From: an uncultured Holophagales bacterium
GTDB taxonomy: Bacteria; Acidobacteriota; Thermoanaerobaculia; UBA5066
Assembly (NCBI GenBank): GCA_964453825.1
Contig: CAYVPO010000001.1
Coordinates: 1 to 53,019 of the forward strand
DNA: 53,019 bases
Direction of reading: 5' to 3'
Position numbers and translations under genes: made by a program. Below the pieces are notes generated by a model, which worked only from the letters and a program-made list of their open reading frames with translations, did not search any database and was not told the DNA's origin. Of the stretch, positions 1 through 8,970 are shown in pieces; position 1 is the first letter of the stretch, and each line of letters starts with the position of its first letter.

Positions 1-345
1 GCCCGCTCGTTCCTCGACCTCTTCGCCTACGAGCGGGAGGCGCACGCCGCGCTCGTCGTCGGCGCCGGGCTCCCGGAGCGGTGGGTCCGCTCGGAGCGCG
101 GCGTTTCGGTGAGGGGGCTCGGCACGCCGTACGGCCCTCTCGACATCTCGCTCGCGGCCGCCGGGGCGGGCGTCCGCGTTCGCCTCGCCGGCCTTCGCGA
201 GCTCCCTCCCGGCGGCCTCGTCGTGAAGCCGCCCCTCCCCGCGAACCCGCGGACGGCGACCGTCGACGGCCGCCCCCTCGCCCTCTCCCCGGCCGGGGAG
301 GTCGTCGTCCGCACCCTTCCCGCCGAGGTCGTCGTCCGGCCGTGA
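1..345 (+). CDS. C-terminal fragment of a gene that starts upstream of the window; function not assignable
   Basis: Frame 1 is open from base 1 to TGA at 343-345. The translation (ARSFLDLFAYEREAHAALVVG...TLPAEVVVRP) has normal composition and G/C-rich third positions. It lies 40 nt upstream of the GH94 gene, so it may be carbohydrate-related, but I recognise no motif. Confidence 0.45.
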   Translation, partial: ARSFLDLFAYEREAHAALVVGAGLPERWVRSERGVSVRGLGTPYGPLDISLAAAGAGVRVRLAGLRELPPGGLVVKPPLPANPRTATVDGRPLALSPAGEVVVRTLPAEVVVRP

Positions 346-385
346 CGCGACTTCATCGCTCTCCGAACTCTCTTCCGGAGGATGC

Positions 386-2782
386 ATGAGCCAGTCCCCC
401 GCGCGCCGCGTCGAAGCGGCGAACGCCTACGGGCGTTTCACGGACGACGGCCGCGAGTACGTCGTCACCGACCCGCGGACGCCGCGCCCCTGGGTGAACG
501 TCGTCGCGAACCGCCGCGCCGGCCTCGTCGTCAGCCAGACCGGCTCCGGCTTCACGTGGGTCGACAACTCCCAGCTCGCCGTCGTGACCCGCTGGGAGCA
601 GGACCTGACGCGGGACTCCTCCGGGCGCTTCCTCTGGCTCCGGGACGTCGAGACGGGGGAGTCGTGGCCGCTCGCCCCGGCGCCGTCGCTCCCCGCCTAC
701 GACCGCTTCGAGTGCCGGCACGGGATCGGCGCCACGACGTTCCGGACGGCGCTTCGCGGCGTCGCGGCCGAGTGGACGCTCTTCGTCGACCCGGAGGCGA
801 CGGCCGAGCTCTGGCGGCTCCGGCTGACGAACGAGAGCGGCGTTCCACGCCGTCTCGAGCTCGTCGCGTTCGTGGAGTGGAACTGCGGGGTGACGCCGTC
901 GCCTCGTCGGGAGTTCACGAAGCTCTTCCTCGAGTGCGAGCGCGACGCCGGGCGGAATGCCGTCTTCGCCCGGTCGCACATGTGGGAGGTCGGCTCGGCC
1001 CGCTGGGGGCACTGGAACACCTCCTTCCCCTACGTCAGCGCCTTCGCCTGCACCGAGTGCGTCTCCGAAGCGGAGGGGGACAAGGCCGCCTTTCTCGGGA
1101 GGCTCGGCTCGTTCGCCGCGCCCGCGGCGCTCTCCGACGCCCCCTGGCCCGGCCTCTTCGGCCGCCACGGCGACGCCGTCGGAGCTCTCCGGGTGCCGGT
1201 CGAGCTCACCGCGGGCGGCTCGCTCGACCTCGGCTTCACGATCGCGACCTCCGAGACGGAGGAGGGCGTCCGCGCGCTCCTCGCGCGCTACGGCGCCGTC
1301 GCGGCGTTCGACGCATCCCTCGCGGCGGCGCGCGAGGCGTGGCGCCGCCTCCTCGCGGCGCACCGTGTCGAGACGCCCGACGCCACGTTCGACGCCTTCC
1401 TGAACGACTGGGTCCGCTACCAGGCGATCTCGGCGCGGATTCACGGGCGCTGCGGCTACTACCAGCAGAGCGGCGCCTACGGCTTCCGCGACCAGCTCCA
1501 GGACTCGCAGGCCTGGCTGACGATCGACCCCGCGCGGACCCGGGAGCAGGTCGCCCTCCACGCGGAGCATCAGTTCTCGGACGGCTCCGTCTACCACTGG
1601 TGGCACCCGCTCTCGGAGCTGGGGCACGTCACGAAGATGACGGACGACCTTCTCTGGCTCGCGTTCGTCGCCGCGGCGTACGTGAAGGAGACGGGGGACC
1701 TCTCGATCCTCGCCGACCGCGCGCCGTTCCTCGACGACCCGCAGCCGGCGCCTCTTTCCGAGCACGTCCTCCGCGCGTTCGAGCGGGCTTTCCGCCGGAC
1801 GAGCCCTCGCGGCCTCCCGTACATCGGGGCCGGCGACTGGAACGACGGCCTCTCCGCCGTCGGACTCGAGGAGAAGGGGGAGTCGGTCTGGCTCGCCCAC
1901 TTCCTCGCGGGCCTCCTCGCCGACTGGAGCGAGCTCTGGCGGCGGACGGGGGAGCCGGCCCGCGCCGCCGACTTCGCGCGGCGCCGCGAGGCGCTCGTCG
2001 CCGCGATCAACGAACACGCCTGGGACGGGGAGTGGTACTGGCGCGCGACGCTCGACTCCGGCGAGAAGCTCGGGAGCCAAGAGAGCGCGCGCGGCGCGAT
2101 CTACCTGAACGCGCAGACGTGGGCCGTCCTTTCCGACGTCGCCCCGCCGGAGCGGGCCTCCGCCGCGATGTCCGCCGTGAAGAAGCGGCTCGTCAGCGAG
2201 GCGGGTGCGCTCCTCCTCGCGCCGGCCTACGATCGCCCCGTCCGGGAGATCGGCTACATCACGCGGTACGCCCCGGGGATGAGGGAGAACGGCGGCGTCT
2301 ACACGCACGCGGCGACGTGGGCGATCTCGGCGGCGGCGAAGGCGAAGGACCCCGAGCTCGTCGAACGCCTTCTCGCGGCGATCGACCCGACGCGAAAGGA
2401 CCCGGAGCGCTCCCTCGCCGAGCCGTACGTCCTGCCGGGGAACGTCGACGGCCCCGATTCGCCGCACCACGGCCGCGCCGGCTGGACCTGGTACACCGGC
2501 TCGGCGCAGTGGCTCCACCGCGTCGTCTGCGACCGGGTCGTCGGCGTTCGCCCCGAGTGGGACGGGATGCGTTTCGACCCGTGCCTGCCGCCGGGGTGGA
2601 GCGAGGCCCGGATGACGCGTCCCTGGCGCGGCGCGACGCTCGACGTCACCGTCGTCCGCGACCCGTCGCTCGCGCCGGGAGAGGTGCGCGTCGCGGTCGA
2701 CGGGAGGCCGCTCGAAGGGACGCTCCTCCCGCCCCTCCCGGCAGGGGCGGCGGCGGCCGTGACGGTCCGGTGGAGGCCCTAG
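386..2782 (+). CDS. GH94 family glycoside phosphorylase (cellobiose/cellodextrin/chitobiose phosphorylase-like)
   Basis: 798-aa ORF with GGAGG 4 nt upstream of the ATG. The N-terminus (YGRFTDDGREYVVTDPRTPRPWVNVVAN), GYYQQSGAYGFRDQLQDS, IGAGDWNDG (catalytic-Asp region) and RENGGVYTHAATW match GH94 hallmarks as I remember them. Length fits cellobiose phosphorylases. The overlapping 382..2859 frame is Arg/Pro junk. Confidence 0.85.
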   Translation: MSQSPARRVEAANAYGRFTDDGREYVVTDPRTPRPWVNVVANRRAGLVVSQTGSGFTWVDNSQLAVVTRWEQDLTRDSSGRFLWLRDVETGESWPLAPAPSLPAYDRFECRHGIGATTFRTALRGVAAEWTLFVDPEATAELWRLRLTNESGVPRRLELVAFVEWNCGVTPSPRREFTKLFLECERDAGRNAVFARSHMWEVGSARWGHWNTSFPYVSAFACTECVSEAEGDKAAFLGRLGSFAAPAALSDAPWPGLFGRHGDAVGALRVPVELTAGGSLDLGFTIATSETEEGVRALLARYGAVAAFDASLAAAREAWRRLLAAHRVETPDATFDAFLNDWVRYQAISARIHGRCGYYQQSGAYGFRDQLQDSQAWLTIDPARTREQVALHAEHQFSDGSVYHWWHPLSELGHVTKMTDDLLWLAFVAAAYVKETGDLSILADRAPFLDDPQPAPLSEHVLRAFERAFRRTSPRGLPYIGAGDWNDGLSAVGLEEKGESVWLAHFLAGLLADWSELWRRTGEPARAADFARRREALVAAINEHAWDGEWYWRATLDSGEKLGSQESARGAIYLNAQTWAVLSDVAPPERASAAMSAVKKRLVSEAGALLLAPAYDRPVREIGYITRYAPGMRENGGVYTHAATWAISAAAKAKDPELVERLLAAIDPTRKDPERSLAEPYVLPGNVDGPDSPHHGRAGWTWYTGSAQWLHRVVCDRVVGVRPEWDGMRFDPCLPPGWSEARMTRPWRGATLDVTVVRDPSLAPGEVRVAVDGRPLEGTLLPPLPAGAAAAVTVRWRP

Positions 2783-2788
2783 CGGCGT

Positions 2789-2811
2789 GCGGGCCGCGCG
2801 GGGAGGCCCGC
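2789..2811. terminator. Short GC hairpin between convergent GH94 and GH1 genes
   Basis: GCGGGCC (2789-2795) pairs with GGCCCGC (2805-2811) around a 9-nt loop, inside the 31-nt gap between two convergent stop codons. No U-tract. Confidence 0.3.
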
Positions 2812-2813
2812 CC

Positions 2814-4166
2814 TCAGCCCTTCAGGCACTCGCCGTTCGTCCGGATCACCTCGGAGTAGAAGCGGGCGCTCGCCTTCGGCGTCCGCTTCTGCGTCGCGAA
2901 GTCGACGTGGACGATGCCGAACCTCTTCCGGAAGCCGTGCGCCCACTCGAGGTTGTCGAGGAGAGACCAGGCGAAGTAGCCGCGGACGTCGACGCCGTCG
3001 GCGATCGCGCGCCGGACGGCGCCGAGGTGCGCGTCGAGGTAGGCGACGCGGAGCGGGTCGTCGAGGACGGGGCCGGGGGCGACCGGCGGGTCGTAGAAGG
3101 CCGCGCCGTTCTCGGTGACGTAGAGCGGGAGGTTCCCGTAGCGGCGGCGGACCCACGTCAGGACGTCGTAGAGCCCGTCGGGCCAGACCTCCCAGCCGGT
3201 CTCGGTGTGGGTCGCGTTCCTCTGAAACGCGCGCCCTTCCATGACCGGGAAGCTGCGCGGGTCGTCGTAGACGACGGCGCGGGTGTAGTAGTTGACGCCC
3301 AGGAAGTCGATCGGCTCCTTCATCGCGGCGAGCTCGGCCTCGGTCGGCCCCTCCCACGCCTCGCCGAAGATCCCGGCGAGCCCTTCGGGGACCTTCCCGA
3401 GGAGCGCGGGGTCGAGGTACTGGCGGTTCATGTAGGCGTCGGCTCGCGCCACCGCGGCGAGGTCCTCGGGGCGCTCGGAGGCGGGGTACTTCGGCTCGAG
3501 GTTGACGACGAGGCCGACCTGCCCCTTCCCCTCGGCCCGGTACGCGGCGACGCCGGCCGCGGGGGCGAGGAGGAGGTTCTTCGCGGCCCGGGCCGCCGCC
3601 CAGGGGCTCGCGATCCCGGGAGCGAGGACGCCGTGGAGATAGCCGCCGTCGGCGACGACCCACGGCTCGTTCAGCGTCGCCCAGAGGTCGACGGCGCCGT
3701 CGAGGGCGCGGTAGCAGGCGGTCGCGTAGTCGGCGAACCAGGAGGCGGCGTCGGGGTTCGTCCAGCCGCCGCGGTCGTCGAGGGCGGCGGGGAGGTCCCA
3801 ATGGTAGAGCGTCGCCATCGGGCGGATGCCGGCCTCGCGGAGCGCGTCGACGAGGCGGCGGTAGAAGTCGAGCCCCTTCTCGTTCACGCGGCCCCGCCCC
3901 TCGGGGAGGACGCGGCTCCAGGAGATCGAGAAGCGGTAGGCGCCGAGGCCGAGCGCCTTCATCAGCGCGACGTCTTCGGCGTACCGGTTGTAGTGGTCGC
4001 AGGCGACGTCTCCCGTGTCGCCGTCCCGCACCTTGCCGGGGATCCGGGCGAACCGATGCCAGATGCTGGGGCCCGCTCCGTCGGCGAGGGGCGATCCCTC
4101 GACCTGGTAGGCGGAGGTGGCGGCTCCCCAGAGGAAGCCTTCCGGGAACGGGGCGATCTCGCTCAT
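2814..4166 (-). CDS. GH1 beta-glucosidase
   Basis: ATG (CAT on + at 4164-4166) is in frame with the 2814 stop, giving 450 aa. MSEIAPFPEGFLWGAATSAYQVEG, acid/base motif TLNEP (LWATLNEPWVV) and nucleophile motif YVTENG (LYVTENGAAF). The remaining 5' part of the 972-aa ORF is Arg-rich junk. Confidence 0.93.
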   Translation of the reverse strand: MSEIAPFPEGFLWGAATSAYQVEGSPLADGAGPSIWHRFARIPGKVRDGDTGDVACDHYNRYAEDVALMKALGLGAYRFSISWSRVLPEGRGRVNEKGLDFYRRLVDALREAGIRPMATLYHWDLPAALDDRGGWTNPDAASWFADYATACYRALDGAVDLWATLNEPWVVADGGYLHGVLAPGIASPWAAARAAKNLLLAPAAGVAAYRAEGKGQVGLVVNLEPKYPASERPEDLAAVARADAYMNRQYLDPALLGKVPEGLAGIFGEAWEGPTEAELAAMKEPIDFLGVNYYTRAVVYDDPRSFPVMEGRAFQRNATHTETGWEVWPDGLYDVLTWVRRRYGNLPLYVTENGAAFYDPPVAPGPVLDDPLRVAYLDAHLGAVRRAIADGVDVRGYFAWSLLDNLEWAHGFRKRFGIVHVDFATQKRTPKASARFYSEVIRTNGECLKG

Positions 4167-4244
4167 CGGGTCTCCTCGCGCGTGGGGGCGCACGGTCTCG
4201 CAGGGGCGGTTCCCGATTATCCGCGCGCGTCGGAGAATCGCCAG

Positions 4245-5129
4245 ATGAGCGACGTCTCCCTCCTCGGCACGGGACTCCTCGGCGCCCCGATGGCACGCCG
4301 GCTCGCGGCGACCGGTCTTACGGTGACGGTCTGGAACCGGACGGCGGCGAAAGCGGAGGCGCTCCGCGAGGCGGGGATCGCGGTCGCGCCGACGGCCGCG
4401 GCCGCCTTCGCGGCCTCTCCCGTATCGATCCTGATGCTCGCCGACGCCCCGGCGATCCGGGCCGTCTTCGCCGCGCCCGGCGTGCGGAACGCGCTCGCCA
4501 GGAAGACCGTCGTCCAGATGGGGACGATCGGCCCCGACGAGAGCCGCGCCTTCGCGGGGGAGGTCGCCGAGGCCGGCGGCGAGTGGGTCGAAGCCCCCGT
4601 TCTCGGGAGCATCCCGCAGGCGGACGAAGGGACGCTCCAGGTGATGGTCGGCGGGACGGCGGAGCAGCTCGCGCGGATCGCGCCGCTGCTGAGGCGGCTC
4701 GGCCGGGAGGTCCGCCTCGTCGGAGAGGTCGGTCGGGCGGCCGCGCTGAAGCTCGCGCTCAACCAGCTGATCGGCTCGCTGACGACGGCGTTCGCAACGA
4801 GCCTGGCCTTCGTCCGCGCGTCCGACGTTCCGACGGACCTCTTCATGGAGGTGCTCCGTCCGAGCGCGCTCTTCGCGCCGACGTTCGACAAGAAGCTCGG
4901 GCGGATGGTGGAAGCCGAGTACTCGAACCCGACGTTCCCGCTCCGGCTCCTCGGGAAGGACCTCCGGCTCTTCGAGAGCGCCGCACGGGAGGCGGGTCTC
5001 GAGCCGGCCGTCGTGGCGGCCGTTCTCCGCACCCTCGAGACGGCCGAGGCGCGCGGGCACGGGGAGGATGACTACTCCGCGCTCGCCGAGGGGATCGCCG
5101 CGCTTCCCGCTTTCTCCCCGCGCGGGTAA
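4245..5129 (+). CDS. NAD(P)-dependent beta-hydroxyacid dehydrogenase family oxidoreductase (3-hydroxyisobutyrate / 6-phosphogluconate DH-like)
   Basis: ATG at 4245 is in frame with the 5129 stop. Rossmann N-terminus VSLLGTGLLGAPMARRLAATG...VWNRT, LKLALNQL and LLGKDLRL are typical of the NAD_binding_2 / HIBADH family. Confidence 0.8.
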   Translation: MSDVSLLGTGLLGAPMARRLAATGLTVTVWNRTAAKAEALREAGIAVAPTAAAAFAASPVSILMLADAPAIRAVFAAPGVRNALARKTVVQMGTIGPDESRAFAGEVAEAGGEWVEAPVLGSIPQADEGTLQVMVGGTAEQLARIAPLLRRLGREVRLVGEVGRAAALKLALNQLIGSLTTAFATSLAFVRASDVPTDLFMEVLRPSALFAPTFDKKLGRMVEAEYSNPTFPLRLLGKDLRLFESAAREAGLEPAVVAAVLRTLETAEARGHGEDDYSALAEGIAALPAFSPRG

Positions 5130-5140
5130 CCTCGGCGGAC

Positions 5141-6622
5141 GTGAGCGGCCACGACGATCGGAGCGGAAACGGCGGGGTGCCCCTGGTCGTCGATCTCGAC
5201 GGGACGCTCCTGCGGACCGACCTCCTCCACGAGTCCGCGGTCCGGGCGGTCGCCCGCGCGCCGCGCGCCGCGCTCGCGGCCCTTCCCGACCTCTTCCGCG
5301 GCGACCGCGCCGGGCTGAAGCGACGGCTCGCCGTCGCCGCGCCGATCGATACGGAGGCGCTCCCGTTCCGCGAGGAGGTCGTGGGGTACCTCCGGGAGGA
5401 GAGGGCCCGCGGGAGGAGGATTGTCCTCGCCACGGCCTCGGACGAGCTCCTCGCGCGCCCCGTCGCCGATCGGGTCGGGCTCTTCGACGAGGTCCTCGCC
5501 AGCGACGGACGAAGGAACCTCGGGGGGGAAGCGAAGCGCGTGGAGCTCGTCGCCCGCTTCGGGGAGAAGGGCTTCGACTATGTCGCGGACCGGCGAGCCG
5601 ACCTGCCGGTCTTCCGAAGCGCCCGAAAGGCCGTCCTCGTCGGACCGGGCGTCCGGCTGCGGGCGGAGGTCGAGGCGGCTGGAACGCCGGTCGCCGCTCT
5701 CCTGCCGGACGAAGGGCCAAAGGTCCGCACACTCTTGTCGGCGATCCGCGCCCGGCAGTGGATCAAGAACCTCCTCGTCTTCGTCCCCCTCCTCACGGCG
5801 CACGTCTTTGCGCCCGCGGCGTTCGGGGCGGCGGCGCTCGCTTTCCTCGCGCTCTCGCTCCTCGCCTCCGCCGTCTACCTGCTGAACGACCTCTCCGACC
5901 TGCCGGCCGATCGGCGTCACCCGTCGAAGCGCTCGCGGCCGATTGCGAGCGGGCGGCTGCCTGTGAGCGGGGCCGTCGCGCTCGTCCCGATCCTCCTCGC
6001 GGGGGCGGCGGCCGTGGCGTTCACGCTCCCGCCGGGCGCGCGGCTCCTCCTCCTGGCCTACTTCGGGGCGACGACGCTCTACACGCTGCTCCTGAAGCGC
6101 AAGGTCCTCGTCGACGTCTTCACGCTCGCGTTCCTCTACACGCTCCGGGTCCTCCTCGGCGGCGCGGCCACGGGCGTCCTCGTCTCTCCGTGGCTCCTGG
6201 CGTTCTCGGTGTTCTTCTTCCTCTCGCTCGCGTTCGTGAAGAGGGCCTCCGAGCTCGTCTCACTGAAGGATCGCGGGCTCGGCTCGGCGGCCGGGCGCGA
6301 CTGGCGGGCGGTGGACGCGGCCACGGTCCCGGTCCTCGGCGCGACGGGGGGCTATCTCTCCGCGGTCGTCCTCGCGATCTACATCCACAGCGACGTCACG
6401 AAGCGGCTCTACGCGCACCCGGGCTGGCTCTGGCTCCTGGTGCCGATCCTGCTCTACTGGATGAGCCGGCTCTGGGTCCTCGTCGGGCGTGGAGAGATGG
6501 ACGACGACCCGGTCCTCTTCGCGGCGCGGGACGCCGTCACGTGGGGGCTCGCGGCGGCGACGGCCGCGACGCTCCTCATCGCCGCTCTCGGTCCGAACGG
6601 CATCCCCGGCCTGATGGAGTAG
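5141..6622 (+). CDS. Fusion protein: N-terminal HAD-IB-like phosphatase domain plus C-terminal UbiA-family prenyltransferase (decaprenyl-phosphate phosphoribosyltransferase-like)
   Basis: HAD motif I VVDLDGTLL, motif II LATAS, later GEAK and ADRRAD. The UbiA part has RQWIKNLLVFVPL, the Asp-rich motif YLLNDLSDLPADRRHPSKRSRPIASG and several hydrophobic helices. GTG start at 5141; the in-frame GTG near 5176 is an alternative. Confidence 0.8.
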   Translation: MSGHDDRSGNGGVPLVVDLDGTLLRTDLLHESAVRAVARAPRAALAALPDLFRGDRAGLKRRLAVAAPIDTEALPFREEVVGYLREERARGRRIVLATASDELLARPVADRVGLFDEVLASDGRRNLGGEAKRVELVARFGEKGFDYVADRRADLPVFRSARKAVLVGPGVRLRAEVEAAGTPVAALLPDEGPKVRTLLSAIRARQWIKNLLVFVPLLTAHVFAPAAFGAAALAFLALSLLASAVYLLNDLSDLPADRRHPSKRSRPIASGRLPVSGAVALVPILLAGAAAVAFTLPPGARLLLLAYFGATTLYTLLLKRKVLVDVFTLAFLYTLRVLLGGAATGVLVSPWLLAFSVFFFLSLAFVKRASELVSLKDRGLGSAAGRDWRAVDAATVPVLGATGGYLSAVVLAIYIHSDVTKRLYAHPGWLWLLVPILLYWMSRLWVLVGRGEMDDDPVLFAARDAVTWGLAAATAATLLIAALGPNGIPGLME

Positions 6623-6731
6623 CGCGGGCAACGACACGCGGGGAGGGCCCCGGGCGCGTGCTAGATTCCTGGCCAGGCGCCCCGCGGAACCGGCGGGCGC
6701 CTTCGCCCCTCCCGGGGCCGGAGCCTTCACC

Positions 6732-7169
6732 GTGACAGAGACGACGGCGGCTCAGCCGCTCACCCGGATCACCACGACCGCCACCTTCAGCGCCGCGCAT
6801 AGACTGCACAACCCGGCACGGGACGACGAGTGGAATCGCGCCACGTTCGGCAAGTGCAACAACCCGCACGGCCACGGCCACACCTACACCGTCGAGGTGA
6901 CGGTCGAGGGGCCGATCGACCCGGTCACCGGCTGGGTCCTCGACTTCTCGCACCTGAAGCGGATCGTCGACGAGAAGGTCGTCCGGCGGTGCGACCACCG
7001 GAACCTGAACGTCGACGTGGACTTCCTCGCGGGGATCGTCCCGACGGCCGAGAACCTCGCCGTCTGCTTCTGGAACGAGCTCGCTCCCCACGTCGCGCCG
7101 GCGCGGCTCGTGACGCTCTCTCTCCACGAGACGGAGCGGAACCGGGTCGTCTACCGGGGCGGCGCCTGA
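6732..7169 (+). CDS. 6-pyruvoyl-tetrahydropterin synthase / QueD family protein
   Basis: 145 aa. [24 protein letters not shown] (Zn-binding His cluster plus Cys) and ETERN near the C-terminus are typical PTPS/QueD motifs. GTG start. Confidence 0.85.
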   Translation: MTETTAAQPLTRITTTATFSAAHRLHNPARDDEWNRATFGKCNNPHGHGHTYTVEVTVEGPIDPVTGWVLDFSHLKRIVDEKVVRRCDHRNLNVDVDFLAGIVPTAENLAVCFWNELAPHVAPARLVTLSLHETERNRVVYRGGA

Positions 7170-7945
7170 TGCGCGCCCTCGTCTCGAACGACGACGGGAT
7201 CCACAGCCCGGGGATCGAGGCGCTCGAGCGCGCGGCGACGGCCGCCGGCTTCGAGACCTGGGTCGTCGCCCCCGACCGGGAGCAGAGCGCGACCTCCCAT
7301 GCGCTCACGCTCACCCGGCCCCTGCGCGTGGTGAAGACGGGGGAGCGCTCCTGGGTCGTCGACGGGACGCCGACGGACTGCGTGAACCTCGCGATCTGCC
7401 GGATCCTGAAGGACGTCCGGCCGGATTTCGTCTTCTCCGGGATCAACCTCGGACCGAACCTCGGCGACGACGTCACCTACTCGGGGACGGTCGCGGCGGC
7501 GTTCGAGGGGACCCTCCTCGGCGTGCCGTCCATCGCCTTCTCCCTGGACTGTCGGAAGGACGGCGGCGCCGGTCCCGATTTCTCAGAGGCGGAGCGGATC
7601 GCGGAAGAGGTGATCCGGCTGGCGCTTTCCCGTCCGATGGCGGAGGACGTCCTCTGGAACGTGAACATCCCGGAAGGGCGCCCGACGGGGCTCCGGGCGA
7701 CCCGGATGGGGCGTCGCCGCTACGGAGAGAGCGTCGTGGAAAAGGTCGACCCGCGCGGAAGGCCGTACTACTGGATCGGAGGCTCCCACGTCGACACCCA
7801 GTCCGAAGGGAGCGACCTGACGACCGTGGCCGAAGGGCTCGTCTCGGTGACGCCCCTCCACCTCGACCTGACGGCGTACCGGGCCCTCGAGGACCTCTCC
7901 GCGCGGCTCGAAGGGAGCCGCGCGAACGGCCCGGACCGAAGCTAA
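7169..7945 (+). CDS. surE: 5'/3'-nucleotidase SurE
   Basis: [40 protein letters not shown] and PLHLDLT. The ATG overlaps the upstream TGA (TGATG). Classic surE-pcm pairing. Confidence 0.92.
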   Translation: MRALVSNDDGIHSPGIEALERAATAAGFETWVVAPDREQSATSHALTLTRPLRVVKTGERSWVVDGTPTDCVNLAICRILKDVRPDFVFSGINLGPNLGDDVTYSGTVAAAFEGTLLGVPSIAFSLDCRKDGGAGPDFSEAERIAEEVIRLALSRPMAEDVLWNVNIPEGRPTGLRATRMGRRRYGESVVEKVDPRGRPYYWIGGSHVDTQSEGSDLTTVAEGLVSVTPLHLDLTAYRALEDLSARLEGSRANGPDRS

Positions 7946-7954
7946 GATCCCGGC

Positions 7955-8656
7955 GTGAGGCCGGAGGACCCCGAGGTCGCGCGCGCCGCGCGGGCGGGCG
8001 CAGAGGCGCGGCGCGCCATGGTCGCGCGCATCGTCTCCGCCGGCCTGATCTCGGACCGGCAGGTCGTGGAGGCGCTCGAGGCCGTGCCGAGGCACCTCTT
8101 CGTCCCGAGGGCGCTCGCGGGCGAGGCGTACGGCGACCACGCCCTTCCGATCGGAGCGGGGCAGACGATCACCCAGGCGGCGAACGTCGGGCGATCCGCG
8201 GAGCTGGCGGCGATCCCCTCCGGTGGGCGCGTCCTCGAGGTGGGGACGGGCTCGGGCTACCAGGCGGCCGTCCTCGCCCGGCTCGCGGGGCAGGTCTTCA
8301 CGCTCGAGCGGATTCCGGAGCTCGCAGCCGAGGCCCGGCGCGTCCTCGCGTTCCTCGGAATCGGCAACGTCTCCGTGAAGGTTTTCGACGGGACGTACGG
8401 CTGGCGGGAGCACGCGCCCTACGACGCGATCGTCGTCGCGGCCGGCGCGCCCGAGGTGCCGGTCCCGCTCGTCTCGCAGCTCTCCGCGACCGGGCGGCTC
8501 GTCGTGCCGGTCGGGCCGCCCGGCCGGCAGCGCCTTCTCGTCGTCAAGAAGCTGCCGAGCGGCCGGACACGGACCGAGGACGCCGGAGAGGTCGCGTACG
8601 TGCCTCTCGTGGGGAAGTTCGGGTGGGAAAAGGCGCCGGCGGAGGCGCGCCGGTGA
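7955..8656 (+). CDS. pcm: Protein-L-isoaspartate O-methyltransferase
   Basis: VPRHLFVP, the SAM motif [16 protein letters not shown], and [14 protein letters not shown]. Lies directly after surE. Confidence 0.9.
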   Translation: MRPEDPEVARAARAGAEARRAMVARIVSAGLISDRQVVEALEAVPRHLFVPRALAGEAYGDHALPIGAGQTITQAANVGRSAELAAIPSGGRVLEVGTGSGYQAAVLARLAGQVFTLERIPELAAEARRVLAFLGIGNVSVKVFDGTYGWREHAPYDAIVVAAGAPEVPVPLVSQLSATGRLVVPVGPPGRQRLLVVKKLPSGRTRTEDAGEVAYVPLVGKFGWEKAPAEARR

Positions 8657-8955
8657 CCGGCGGCTTCGAGAGCGCCGCCCGGCGGTGGCTCGTCGCGGGG
8701 CGGGTCCAGGGGGTAGGCTATCGGGCTTTCGCAGCGCGGACGGCGCGCGGCCTCGGCCTCGTCGGCGGCGTCTCGAATCTGCCCGACGGGAGGGTCCTCG
8801 TCGTGGCGGAGGGGGCGGAGCACGCTCTCGACAGGCTGGAATCGGCCCTCTGGGAAGGTCCGCGTTTCGCTCGCGTGCAATCCGTCGAGGCGGGACCGGC
8901 CGCGCCCGACGAGGTCCTCGCGAGCTTCGACGCGGAGTTCCGGCACGACCGGTAG
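8653..8955 (+). CDS. acyP: Acylphosphatase
   Basis: [14 protein letters not shown] signature and about 100 aa. GTG at 8653 overlaps the pcm stop (GTGA). The ORF is open from 8623, so the start is uncertain by 10 codons. Confidence 0.8.
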   Translation: MTGGFESAARRWLVAGRVQGVGYRAFAARTARGLGLVGGVSNLPDGRVLVVAEGAEHALDRLESALWEGPRFARVQSVEAGPAAPDEVLASFDAEFRHDR

Positions 8956-8970
8956 AATCCCCGCACACCG

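Noticed and set aside
353-2518. 721-aa minus-strand ORF and the 825-aa + ORF at 382..2859, both overlapping the GH94 gene
   Set aside because: Both have Arg/Gly/Pro-dominated, repetitive composition with no motifs. The 386..2782 frame carries clear GH94 signatures.
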